This document shows positions 9,239-17,814 of a stretch of DNA of 43,276 nt, in pieces (positions within the stretch are counted from its first letter, which is position 1; every line of letters starts with the position of its first letter). The position numbers and the translations under genes are program-made. Below the pieces are notes generated by a model. That model had not been told where the DNA came from. It did no database searches and worked only from the letters and a program-made list of their open reading frames with translations. The stretch is from positions 1-43,276 of the forward strand of contig CANBYN010000001.1 of the NCBI GenBank assembly GCA_947373615.1, written 5' to 3'. Source of the DNA: Burkholderiaceae bacterium. GTDB taxonomy: Bacteria; Pseudomonadota; Gammaproteobacteria; Burkholderiales; Burkholderiaceae.

Positions 9239-10873
9239 ATTACCATCGATACCACCACCTCCAGCACACCAAGCGCAGAAGTACTTAGACGCCGCAGTTT
9301 TGCCATCATCTCTCACCCTGATGCAGGCAAAACAACGCTTACTGAAAAGCTATTGCTATATGCAGGAGCGATTCAGATTGCAGGCAGCGTTAAAGCTCGC
9401 AAAGCAAGTAGGCACGCTACTTCTGACTGGATGGAAATTGAAAAGCAGCGAGGTATTTCTGTAGCAAGCTCCGTGATGCAGATGGAATATCGTGATTGCA
9501 TCATCAATCTATTGGATACCCCGGGCCACCAGGATTTTTCTGAAGATACTTATCGCGTATTAACTGCGGTGGACTCTGCATTAATGGTGATCGATGCTGC
9601 AAATGGAGTCGAGTCACAAACATTACGCTTGCTTGAAGTTTGTCGCGCTCGCAATACACCTATTATTACTTTCATTAATAAGATGGATCGTGAAGTTAAG
9701 CCTCCCATGGAATTAATGGATGAAATTGAAACTGCTCTTGGTATTGAAGTGGTTCCTTTTACTTGGCCAGTTGGTATGGGAAAATCCTTTGCTGGCGTAA
9801 TCGATATTGCCAATTCACGCATGCGCATGTTCAAAGCCGGCGAAGATCGTGTGACCGAAGATTCTCACGTGATTGTAGATATACAAGATTCGTCCCTTAA
9901 AGATCGCCTAGGTACAGATCTAGAAAATGCCTTAACTGAAGTTAATCTCATCAAAGAGGCAATGCCTGCGTTTAATCTTGATGCTTTCTTGGCGGGTCGT
10001 CAGTCTCCCGTATTTTTTGGTTCTGCTATCAATAACTTCGGTGTGCGTGAGATTTTAAATACATTGGTTGAGCTTGCGCCTTCGCCGGGATCCCGTAAAG
10101 CACTACAACGCGAAGTGAGCCCCGGAGAAAATAAATTTTCTGCAGTCGTGTTTAAGATCCAAGCAAATATGGATCCTGCTCATCGTGACCGCGTTGCTTT
10201 TCTACGAATTTGCTCGGGTCACTTTCAGCGTGGCATGAAATTGAAAATTTCTCGCAATGGTAAAGAAGCTCGAACTAATAATGCGCTCTCCTTTTTATCT
10301 CAACGACGCGATATTCTAGATGAAGCATTTCCTGGCGACATAATTGGTTTACCCAACCATGGCTTATTGCGATTGGGCGATACCTTAACTGAGGGTGAAC
10401 AACTCCAATTTACTGGTCTGCCTTTTTTTGCTCCCGAGATTTTCCGCATGGTTGAATCAGCCGACCCATTGCGATCCAAACAATTGCGAACTGGGCTCAT
10501 GCAACTTGGTGAAGAAGGTGCCATTCAGGTATTTCGCCCAATGGCTGGAGGGACAATGCTACTTGGCGCCTTTGGCCAACTACAGTTCGAAGTAGTAAGC
10601 CATCGGCTGCAGACAGAATATGGCGCAGAAGTACGACTATTACCAGCGCGCTACAGTCTTGCTCGCTGGGTGAGCTCTGATGATCCTGTAGCTTTAAAGA
10701 AATTTACCCAAGAAAACATTCACCGCATGGCTGAAGATGTTGTGGGCGCTTCCGTATTCTTAGCCTCACATAAATCAGAGCTAGATGTTGCACAGCAACG
10801 CTGGGAGACTATTCAATTTCATGCGCTGAGAGAGCATGCTGGCCTCATTTATCAATCCGACCTGACCGGGTAG
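9239..10873 (+). CDS. prfC: Peptide chain release factor 3; N-terminus extends upstream of the ORF-track start, probable non-canonical ATT start
   Basis: In-frame upstream translation gives RRRSFAIISHPDAGKTTLTEKLLL (G1 loop); SDWMEIEKQRGIS, DTPGHQDF, NKMD; in-frame TAG at 9230-9232. Confidence 0.93.
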   Translation: MTIDTTTSSTPSAEVLRRRSFAIISHPDAGKTTLTEKLLLYAGAIQIAGSVKARKASRHATSDWMEIEKQRGISVASSVMQMEYRDCIINLLDTPGHQDFSEDTYRVLTAVDSALMVIDAANGVESQTLRLLEVCRARNTPIITFINKMDREVKPPMELMDEIETALGIEVVPFTWPVGMGKSFAGVIDIANSRMRMFKAGEDRVTEDSHVIVDIQDSSLKDRLGTDLENALTEVNLIKEAMPAFNLDAFLAGRQSPVFFGSAINNFGVREILNTLVELAPSPGSRKALQREVSPGENKFSAVVFKIQANMDPAHRDRVAFLRICSGHFQRGMKLKISRNGKEARTNNALSFLSQRRDILDEAFPGDIIGLPNHGLLRLGDTLTEGEQLQFTGLPFFAPEIFRMVESADPLRSKQLRTGLMQLGEEGAIQVFRPMAGGTMLLGAFGQLQFEVVSHRLQTEYGAEVRLLPARYSLARWVSSDDPVALKKFTQENIHRMAEDVVGASVFLASHKSELDVAQQRWETIQFHALREHAGLIYQSDLTG

Positions 10874-10875
10874 CT

Positions 10876-11109
10876 TTAGCGTGGCACCCTGCAATCAAAG
10901 ACTGCAACTAATGAACCGTCACTACTCCTAAATGACGCTGTTTTTCCATATTGCTTGCAATATGCTTTTGCTTTTATTGTTAATTCCTCAATAGATTCGC
11001 CACTACTATTTAAAAAAGTGACGTGATTAGCATCTGAGGCATCGGTATACACCGCAGCACAAGCGCCAAGAGCTAAAACGCAAAACGCTGCACTCGAATA
11101 TAGCTTCAT
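10876..11109 (-). CDS. Small putative lipoprotein
   Basis: 77 aa, signal peptide with LGAC lipobox, AKAYCKQYGK motif with two further Cys. Confidence 0.65.
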   Translation of the reverse strand: MKLYSSAAFCVLALGACAAVYTDASDANHVTFLNSSGESIEELTIKAKAYCKQYGKTASFRSSDGSLVAVFDCRVPR

Positions 11110-11288
11110 TTCAAGCCTTTCTCATACAATAAATTGCTTTTGATCCTAAAGGGTGCTCATACCCCAATCATAGCGCCTAGGCTATTTAACTGTTATGCTG
11201 GATCGTGATCACTATTGTGCGCCCTAGATAGGGGAATCTCTTGAGTAATTCTCTTAGATTCATCATTCCAATAATCTAGGAAAATCAA

Positions 11289-11471
11289 ATGGCTGTTGGC
11301 CAAAATCAAAGAACCAGAAAAAATGACTCTATGCTCACCAAAACAGGAAAGGCGCGCTTAGGTCCCCTTAATGCAACTCAGCTCACTAAATTATTAGAAA
11401 CAAGCACCAAGCCAAAAGAGAAAAGTAAGATTTTACGAGCACTAAGCAAACGTCAAATTGTTACCGAATAA
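11289..11471 (+). CDS. Small basic (K/R-rich) hypothetical protein
   Basis: 60 aa, AGGA SD upstream, stop codon followed directly by a terminator. Confidence 0.7.
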   Translation: MAVGQNQRTRKNDSMLTKTGKARLGPLNATQLTKLLETSTKPKEKSKILRALSKRQIVTE

Positions 11472-11504
11472 ATAAAAAGCCCTGATATAACAGGGCTTTT
11501 TATT
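11471..11504. terminator. Bidirectional intrinsic terminator
   Basis: AATAAAAAGCCCTG-ATATAA-CAGGGCTTTTTATT between convergent genes. Confidence 0.9.
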
Positions 11505-11522
11505 GTCTCGAGCGCACGATAA

Positions 11523-12398
11523 TTAAATCCTTTTTACCAACATTCGTTTACTTAAGATCACCATAGAAACGACCAATACCGCAAAGACTAGGTTCATTAA
11601 AGTAAGTGGGTCACCAAGCAAAACACTGGCAGCGACCAGAGTACAAAAGGGTTGCATTAATTGAACTTGACTGACTCGTGCAATCCCCCCATATGCTAAC
11701 CCTTCATACCAAAAGAAAAAACCGAGGAACATGGGAAACAAACTTAAATATACAAAACTAGTCCATGCAATTGGCCCCGCATCAAGATATACGGAGTTAA
11801 AAGTGTAGTAGGTCATTACGATATTAATTGGCAAGGATATAACTAGCGCCCAAGAAATAACCGCGCGCGGATTCATCTTTCTTGATAACTCCCCACCTTC
11901 AACATAGCCCACGCAAGCACTAATTCCACCAAGTACCAATAAGCCGTCTACATAAGTAAAGCTACCCGAGCATTTTAGTAATGCATAAAGCATTACAAGT
12001 GCTGCACCCATCAATGACACAAGCCAAAAACCTAATGACGGTCGCTCTTGAAATCGTATGACCCCAATGACTGTAGTAGCTAAGGGCATCATTCCTAAAA
12101 TGACGGCACCATGAGACGATGAGCCATGAGTCATTGCTACCGTCGTGAATATTGGAAAACCAAATACCACTCCCAAAGCAATCACTACGAACTTAGTGAA
12201 ATCCCCTTTAGGAGGTATAGCCTCTTTCTTGTAAACAAGATAGGCTAATGCAACCAAGCCCGCCAAGACTGCCCTACCAAACGCGATGAAATACGGATTA
12301 AAACTAAGAACTGCAATCTTACTTACCGGCAAAGTTAAGCTAAAAATTAAAATGCCAATAAAACCAATAAGCATTCCTTTACTTTCTTTATTCACCAT
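11523..12398 (-). CDS. DMT/EamA family transporter
   Basis: About 10 TM helices in two EamA repeats; GGIARVSQVQLMQPF. Confidence 0.88.
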   Translation of the reverse strand: MVNKESKGMLIGFIGILIFSLTLPVSKIAVLSFNPYFIAFGRAVLAGLVALAYLVYKKEAIPPKGDFTKFVVIALGVVFGFPIFTTVAMTHGSSSHGAVILGMMPLATTVIGVIRFQERPSLGFWLVSLMGAALVMLYALLKCSGSFTYVDGLLVLGGISACVGYVEGGELSRKMNPRAVISWALVISLPINIVMTYYTFNSVYLDAGPIAWTSFVYLSLFPMFLGFFFWYEGLAYGGIARVSQVQLMQPFCTLVAASVLLGDPLTLMNLVFAVLVVSMVILSKRMLVKRI

Positions 12399-12470
12399 CA
12401 CCCTTTTTTAGCGTTAAATAGATTGTATTAACAATACTGAAACAGTGCGCTGTAATATGTCTTACTCACC

Positions 12471-12995
12471 ATGAAATTAAGTTCTCAAATTCAAGCCATC
12501 TATATTGCCCCTTATGCAGGAGCTCAAATGCAAGCCATTACCCAAGCTAAGGTTTTTATGGGCGCAGGCATTGAGGGTGATCGATACGCATTGAATATGG
12601 GTACCTTCTCAGCAACCAAGCCCGCCAAAGTACGTCACATAAGCCTAATCACCCAAGCAGGCATCACCACTGCAAATGAGTGGCTTGAGGCTAATCATGA
12701 ACCTACTTTTGCTGATTCTGAAACACGCCGCAACATAGTGCTTTCAGGGATCACTGCAAGCGAGCTCAATGCGCTAGCGGGTGAAACATTCGCACTGGGA
12801 GCAGTGCTATTAAAGGGCACAGAACTTTGCACGCCCTGCCAAAGACCTGCCAAGCTTCTTGGAAGACCAAGCTTCAAGGATGCATTTGATGGTCGTGGTG
12901 GTTTGCGTGCTGAAATCCTGAACTCTGGAACCCTCACCATCGGGGATGAGCTGGCGTTGATTGATGAGGAACCAAATGATCTTATACCTCGATAA
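12471..12995 (+). CDS. MOSC domain protein
   Basis: GIEGDRY, TRRNIV, C.PC, GRGGLRA..L..G.L..GD. Confidence 0.85.
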   Translation: MKLSSQIQAIYIAPYAGAQMQAITQAKVFMGAGIEGDRYALNMGTFSATKPAKVRHISLITQAGITTANEWLEANHEPTFADSETRRNIVLSGITASELNALAGETFALGAVLLKGTELCTPCQRPAKLLGRPSFKDAFDGRGGLRAEILNSGTLTIGDELALIDEEPNDLIPR

Positions 12996-13371
12996 CGCCA
13001 ATATCACTGCAGAGCAGGCCATTGACTTATACATGCGCTCCACACTCGGCGAACGCAGGCCGATTGACAATGTAGAAAGCTTTAAGGCCATGCTTAAAAA
13101 CGCCAATCTAACAATTTCGGCCTGGGATGGAGATAAGTTGGTTGGAATTTCACGATCACTAACTGATTTTGCTTATGTTGCATACCTAGCTGATTTAGCG
13201 GTAGACCAAGCCTACCAACGCTCAGGAATTGGAAAAAAACTCATTGCAGAAACTAAAGCTCGCCTTGGTTTGCAGTGCATGATTGTGCTTTTAGCAGCAC
13301 CAAAAGCTAATGAATATTACAAACACATTGGATTTGAACACAATGCACGCGCTTGGACTCTTAAAAAATAA
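12976..13371 (+). CDS. GNAT family N-acetyltransferase
   Basis: LAVDQAYQRSGIGK acetyl-CoA motif, YYKHIGF; GAGGA SD before ATG 12976. Confidence 0.85.
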   Translation: MILYLDNANITAEQAIDLYMRSTLGERRPIDNVESFKAMLKNANLTISAWDGDKLVGISRSLTDFAYVAYLADLAVDQAYQRSGIGKKLIAETKARLGLQCMIVLLAAPKANEYYKHIGFEHNARAWTLKK

Positions 13372-13392
13372 TTACCCCTTTATCATTACGAC

Positions 13393-14037
13393 ATGACAAC
13401 TACTCGCTTCTGCTTGGTACGCCATGGTGAAACGGATTGGAATTCAGAGCATCGCCTTCAAGGCCATACTGATATTGGACTAAATATTCGCGGCACCGCA
13501 CAAGCCGCTCAATTGGCACATGCCATAAAGGACAGTAATCTTCAATTCGACGTGCTTTATACAAGCGATCTTCAACGCGCAGTGAAAACTGCTCAAGCCA
13601 TTGAACTTCTCTTTAATAAATCCGCAATCATTGATAACGCCCTTAGAGAGCGTCATCTTGGCGCTCTCCAGGGGCTGACAATTAATGAAGCTCCTGGACT
13701 CGAACCGGAACTCTGGCAATCTCATATCAGTAGAAATTTGAATGAGGAGTTGCGCGGTGGAGAAAGTATTAAACAATTTTCTGATCGCATAAAAAGTGCG
13801 CTCGAACGTATCCGTAATCAACACCTTGGCAAAACTATTTTGCTTGTAAGTCATGGCGGGGCATTAGACATGATGTACAGGATTGCCAGCAATCATCCTT
13901 TAAATGCTGAGAAGATTGTCTCGGTACCCAATGCATCCCTCAATTGGATTAGCCATGAAGGATCAGCCTGGAAAGTTGATGGCTGGGCTGAAACTAGTCA
14001 TCTCGAAGGTCTGGTTCTGGATAATTTAGACCTATAA
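13393..14037 (+). CDS. Histidine phosphatase (phosphoglycerate mutase-like) family protein
   Basis: RHGETDWN, SDLQRA, GGES, VSHGG. Confidence 0.9.
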   Translation: MTTTRFCLVRHGETDWNSEHRLQGHTDIGLNIRGTAQAAQLAHAIKDSNLQFDVLYTSDLQRAVKTAQAIELLFNKSAIIDNALRERHLGALQGLTINEAPGLEPELWQSHISRNLNEELRGGESIKQFSDRIKSALERIRNQHLGKTILLVSHGGALDMMYRIASNHPLNAEKIVSVPNASLNWISHEGSAWKVDGWAETSHLEGLVLDNLDL

Positions 14038-14069
14038 GCAACACCCCCTAAATAGCATATGATTCATTC

Positions 14070-14840
14070 ATGAAACCTATTTTTTGGCTAGTGGCTTTCC
14101 TTATAGGATTAACCATTTCCATGTCAGCCTATTCGATGGATGACGCACCTGACGAACTTCCGAATCGAGTAGTTGGAGATATTGGCGCCGCCGTATACAC
14201 CTCTAATCTGCATATAGGCACCGAAGGAACACAATCATTGGCACTTCCTTATGCTTTCTTTGACTATGAGCGCTTTTTTGCACGGATAGACGAAGTCGGC
14301 ATTAAGACATTTAAATTGGGTTACGGCTATTTCGAAGTTATCGGAAAAATTAATTTAGATACCTATACAGTAAAGTCCTCAATTAACGGCAACTCCATTA
14401 ATCGAAGCGACCCAATTCCTTTGGGCTTGGGAACATTTCAAGAAACGCCAATTGGAGGATTTTTTATTAATGCCTATCATGACTTCGGAAAATCTAAGGG
14501 GGCCCTTTATGAATTCCTTTACTTTGCCGAAATAGAGACCTATAAAAAAGTGGTGGTCTATCCTCAGATAGGAGTTGAAAGGCAATCCAGCCAATACGCC
14601 AATTATTACTATGGCATAAACTCCGGAGAGTCTGTGCTTACCGGCTATAGCGCTTATTCAGCCCCCGCTACTACGAACCTCTTAGCAGGGCTCATGGTCG
14701 AAATTCCTGTTGTAGATAACTGGTATGTAAATGTTTATGGGAGACGCAAATGGATGGGCAATGGTATCAACAATAGTCCAGTCATGAATCGCTCATTTCA
14801 AGACAATATATTTATGGCAGTAGCTTATCGTTTTAAATAA
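14070..14840 (+). CDS. MipA/OmpV family outer-membrane protein
   Basis: Signal peptide, beta-strand pattern, YANYYYGI, INNSPVM, C-terminal YRF. Confidence 0.75.
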   Translation: MKPIFWLVAFLIGLTISMSAYSMDDAPDELPNRVVGDIGAAVYTSNLHIGTEGTQSLALPYAFFDYERFFARIDEVGIKTFKLGYGYFEVIGKINLDTYTVKSSINGNSINRSDPIPLGLGTFQETPIGGFFINAYHDFGKSKGALYEFLYFAEIETYKKVVVYPQIGVERQSSQYANYYYGINSGESVLTGYSAYSAPATTNLLAGLMVEIPVVDNWYVNVYGRRKWMGNGINNSPVMNRSFQDNIFMAVAYRFK

Positions 14841-14850
14841 GCAGTAACAA

Positions 14851-14874
14851 ATAAGCTACCCAAAGGTAGCTTAT
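14851..14874. terminator. Hairpin terminator between convergent genes
   Basis: ATAAGCTACC-CAAA-GGTAGCTTAT perfect 10-bp stem; U-tracts weak. Confidence 0.65.
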
Positions 14875-14888
14875 CTTAGAGGCTTCAA

Positions 14889-15080
14889 TTACTTCGCGGA
14901 ATGTAATTTATTCTGATCTGAAATACAAAAGTCCACGATCACATCAGCAAAACTTAAGTAACGAGAGTTACTTTTTCTAAACTGATCTATCTCGTTCACA
15001 ACTGGTGATACCCCACTCTTAAAACCAGCATCCTCATACCCAGGATGATAAGGGGCTTCTTCTACAAATTTGTTTGTCAT
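14889..15080 (-). CDS. Small hypothetical protein downstream of the glycine riboswitch
   Basis: 63 aa, TAAGGT SD before ATG, ends at a hairpin; no family recognised. Confidence 0.55.
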   Translation of the reverse strand: MTNKFVEEAPYHPGYEDAGFKSGVSPVVNEIDQFRKSNSRYLSFADVIVDFCISDQNKLHSAK

Positions 15081-15255
15081 ACATTAACCTTATTCAGTAA
15101 GCGCCCTAAAACAATAATGTTTAGAGCATAAAAGTAAAACGGATTTGCCATTACAAGCTACAAATGTCTACTGAACTATTCAAAAAGGATCTGCATACAA
15201 GATTCTCCCAAAGCAGCCCATCAAACACATGAACACCATGTGGATGGTTGCCGCT

Positions 15256-15442
15256 CCCCCTGTCCTTGATACCTGAGAGATTCACTCTAAGCTCAGCTTA
15301 GAACTTGCTCCTTCGGCGCACCATAAAGATGGTGACTCTCCAGACGGCCATTAAAGATAAGCAGTACCTTCCTATTGGTTACCTGAGCGTTCATGGGAGA
15401 TTGCGCCTTCGGTGGAGGGAAATCCCTCACTCTCCTGCTTGA
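15256..15442 (-). ncRNA. Tandem glycine riboswitch (two aptamers: about 15440-15359 and 15347-15256)
   Basis: Minus strand reads AAGCAGGAGAG..CCACCGAAGGCGCAA..CGCTCAGG..GGTACTGCTT then GTCTGGAGAG..CGCCGAAGGAGCAA..ATCTCTCAGG..AAGGACAG; both carry the GGAGA / CCGAAG / CTCAGG core; TATAAT at 15452-15447 places the transcript start at the first aptamer. Confidence 0.92.
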
Positions 15443-15754
15443 TGAAATTATATTCTGTGCACGGAAGAACAATATTAGTGATTACTACTACTCAAATCCT
15501 AAAAGACATTACTTAGATAGAGATGTCTTTGGTAAAGAGAATGGCCAAGCGCTGACTGCTTTGTTAATCTAACCAAGAAAAATGATGTATTAATTGCACC
15601 CATCGATCCGACTGGCTCGATCAAAGATGGGGTTTTGATAAGTCAACCAAAACACACTAGGGGCAGACAAGTTAGTCGTACCAAAACCAATTGCATACCC
15701 TAGAACCTCAGCATATAAGCCTAGGAAATCAAGCGTTAGAGCATTATGAAGTAG

Positions 15755-16149
15755 TCATACAAGCTCACTGATCTCGATCAAGTTCTGATCGGGGTCACGC
15801 ACATAAATAGAATTTAATTTTGAAGTAGCTCCAGTACGAATAACTGGGCCTTCAATAATAGGCCAATTTTCAGATGCCAATTTTGAAATCACCTCAATCA
15901 ATGGCACTGAAGCAATAAAACAAAGGTCTAACGATCCTGGCATAGGAATGTTTGCCTTGGGCTCAAACTCCTTGCTTTTATGTGTAGATTGATTTTTTGT
16001 TTGCCGAACTTTAATGCTTTACGCTCAACAGGTGGAGTGCCGCCAATAAATGACTCCAACTGCATACCTAAAACAAGAGTATTAAAATTAACGCATTCAA
16101 TCTCATTCGCGGTTGTAAGAACAAGATGGTCAATATTGTTCAGAAGCAT
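15755..16149 (-). pseudogene. VOC/glyoxalase family gene (GLOD5-like) split by a 1-nt frameshift near 15975
   Basis: IDHLVLT...RKALKFGKQKINLH in one frame continues as KEFEPKANIPMPGSLDLCF..EGPVIRTGA..SIYVRDPDQNLIEIS in another. Confidence 0.85.
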
Positions 16150-16193
16150 TTCAAGAATAAATTAGTTTGGCATCGCCTTAAATAACTTAGCGG

Positions 16194-16346
16194 TTAGCGT
16201 CCCTGACAGTCAAGCGGCATATCCCTCAAAGGCTTCTCCTTGCTGTAATCACAATTAATCCCATCGGGTGAGGTAGTGCTAGCAAGGCATCCACCTAAGG
16301 ACAAAATGAACAAGGCTTCGATGAGAGCTGTAAATAATTTTTTCAT
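16194..16346 (-). CDS. Small putative lipoprotein (50 aa)
   Basis: MKK-hydrophobic-LGGC lipobox from ATG 16346; two more Cys. Confidence 0.55.
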   Translation of the reverse strand: MKKLFTALIEALFILSLGGCLASTTSPDGINCDYSKEKPLRDMPLDCQGR

Positions 16347-16393
16347 ATTCAGATCCAATTTAAATATATAAATGCATTCTCCAGAGACCAACA

Positions 16394-16475
16394 AAATCAA
16401 AACCTCTCAGAGGTAATTTCGATATTTCTTGAAGGCCTCAGGTCAAAATACACAAAGCCCATTATGTGATCCCAT
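16394..16475 (-). repeat. att-like repeat copy H (most decayed)
   Basis: Plus strand AAATCAAAACCTCTCAGAGGTAATTTCGATATTTCTTGAAGGCCTCAGG matches the consensus AAATGAAAACCACCCGAAGGTGGTTTTGGTGTTTCTTGGTGGCCCGGGG at 34/49 without gaps; hairpin ACCTC-TCA-GAGGT kept. Confidence 0.65.
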
Positions 16476-16575
16476 TGACTTCTAGTCAAGATAGACTAAA
16501 GGGTCCATCTTGATGCCTTGGGCTAAGCAAAGGGCTCGCCATTGCAGGACTGCTCCAAAATTGCCAAAAAAGAGT

Positions 16576-16633
16576 CAAGCCGCCCAAGGGGGTCCGAGAC
16601 GGAATCAATCAAGGCCGAGGATGACCAATCCTA
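16576..16633 (-). repeat. att-like repeat copy G (internal deletion in terminator arm)
   Basis: Minus strand TAGGATTGGTCATCCTCGGCCTTGA-TTGATTCCGTCTCGGACCCCCT-TGGGCGGCTTG; 16/22 to tRNA 3' end. Confidence 0.8.
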
Positions 16634-17155
16634 CTTAATAAGCCCGCATGCAATTCTTGGGCCCGAGTTCCCTGCTGGTTGTGATTTGTAATCATCAGGG
16701 TCGCGATGAACAACAACAGATCTTCCCAATATTCCAGTTGGCCCACTGTTAACAGCAAACCCGCTTAACTTTGCTGAATAAACTGCATTGCCATTGGAAT
16801 CCGATTTAATGTTTGGCATATCTCCAGCATGGTTTGCGCCGCTTCCAGGCATACCATGTGATTGAACATCCGGATTAAAATGTCCACCTGCGCTGGTTGC
16901 ATCTGGAGCCGAGCAATCTCCCTTTTCATGGATATGAAATCCTTGCTCGGCATTGGGCTTCAATCCTGAAAAGTTTCCGGATACCAATACATCATGCCCT
17001 TGCCATACAAAATTAACCGTACCTTTTACATTCGATCCCGAGCGTGCATCAAGGTTGGCAGATGCTTTTTGTCCTGCTCCATGCTCCATTGATTGGCATG
17101 CTGCCAAAGTCAGAGCCGCAAGAACACCCATAGTTAAACAAATGCCTTTAGCCAT
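16631..17155 (-). CDS. sodC: Cu/Zn superoxide dismutase, lipoprotein
   Basis: GFHIHE.GDC, SAGGHFNP, HAGDMPN, VVVH..PDD, GNSGPRIACG; LAAC lipobox. Confidence 0.93.
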   Translation of the reverse strand: MAKGICLTMGVLAALTLAACQSMEHGAGQKASANLDARSGSNVKGTVNFVWQGHDVLVSGNFSGLKPNAEQGFHIHEKGDCSAPDATSAGGHFNPDVQSHGMPGSGANHAGDMPNIKSDSNGNAVYSAKLSGFAVNSGPTGILGRSVVVHRDPDDYKSQPAGNSGPRIACGLIK

Positions 17156-17285
17156 CACTCATCTCCCTTATTTCTATTGATCTAGGATAGATCTTGCCTG
17201 ATTCTCACAAAAACACTCTTTAAGCAAAATAAAGACCTCGTTCCAAGTAGTCTTATTAGTTTATTTCATGGCTAAGTAATAAATA

Positions 17286-17365
17286 CCAAATTCGCCTTTG
17301 GGTAGTTTTGGTATTCTTAGCTGGTCAGGGATGGAATCAAATCACTATCGCATGGATGTTTCATC
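17286..17365 (-). repeat. att-like repeat copy F
   Basis: Minus strand ..AAACATCC..TTGATTCCATCCCTGACCAGCTA-AGAATACCAAAACTACCC; 16/22 to tRNA 3' end with one insertion. Confidence 0.7.
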
Positions 17366-17371
17366 TGGCCG

Positions 17372-17761
17372 TCAATGATGATATCTATATTCCTGAGTCT
17401 TTCCTCCATAACCATAGGAGGCCGCCCTAACATCTTGAACATGGATATAGCTTTCTTCATGCAAGTTGCCCAGAATTCTCTCAAAGCCCTCAAATGCCTC
17501 TTTGATGTATTGAGCCTTTTCATCCTTGGTATTGGTTTCATCAGTTACTTTGATGTCAAAGTAAAAACTGTTTTTACCTTGCTCACTCAATAAGCGACCG
17601 CCTACAAACCAAGAGTCATCATCTACATAGTTAATCGTAATAGCTATAACTTCCTTTTTCTTGCCCAAGATTCTGTGAGTAAGATCAAGAAGTAATTCAT
17701 TTATCTTTTTTGTAGTTTCTACTGACTTTTTACTGCTGACTTTGACATTTATGATTGGCAT
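17372..17761 (-). CDS. 4-oxalocrotonate tautomerase family protein (double-domain)
   Basis: Catalytic N-terminal Pro after Met removal (MPIINVKV); TNTKDEKA, SYGYGGKTQ. Confidence 0.85.
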   Translation of the reverse strand: MPIINVKVSSKKSVETTKKINELLLDLTHRILGKKKEVIAITINYVDDDSWFVGGRLLSEQGKNSFYFDIKVTDETNTKDEKAQYIKEAFEGFERILGNLHEESYIHVQDVRAASYGYGGKTQEYRYHH

Positions 17762-17774
17762 AACATTTTCCTAA

Positions 17775-17794
17775 TTAGTTAGCTATACAACTAT
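17775..17794. promoter_or_regulatory. Putative MarR operator upstream of tautomerase
   Basis: TTAGTTAGCTATACAACTAT, palindromic TAGTT-N8-AACTA; 19/20 identical to 18248-18267. Confidence 0.75.
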
Positions 17795-17814
17795 ATGATC
17801 TAAAAATAGGGGCA

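Noticed and set aside
15180-15239. 19-aa ORF MVFMCLMGCFGRILYADPF after the riboswitch
   Set aside because: Its start is buried in the hairpin and poorly spaced from an SD; ATG 15196 has the better ribosome-binding site.
15500-15560. Possible ninth, very decayed repeat (AAAGACAT...ATGTCTTTGGT...TGGCC)
   Set aside because: A hairpin is present but similarity to the consensus is too weak to separate from chance by eye; needs a profile search.
15960-15985. Programmed -1 frameshift in the VOC gene
   Set aside because: No canonical X XXY YYZ heptamer or obvious stimulatory structure; a simple deletion explains it.
17317-17541. 74-aa alternative-frame ORF overlapping the tautomerase and repeat F
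   Set aside because: Out-of-frame overlap with a well-supported gene; no recognisable motifs.
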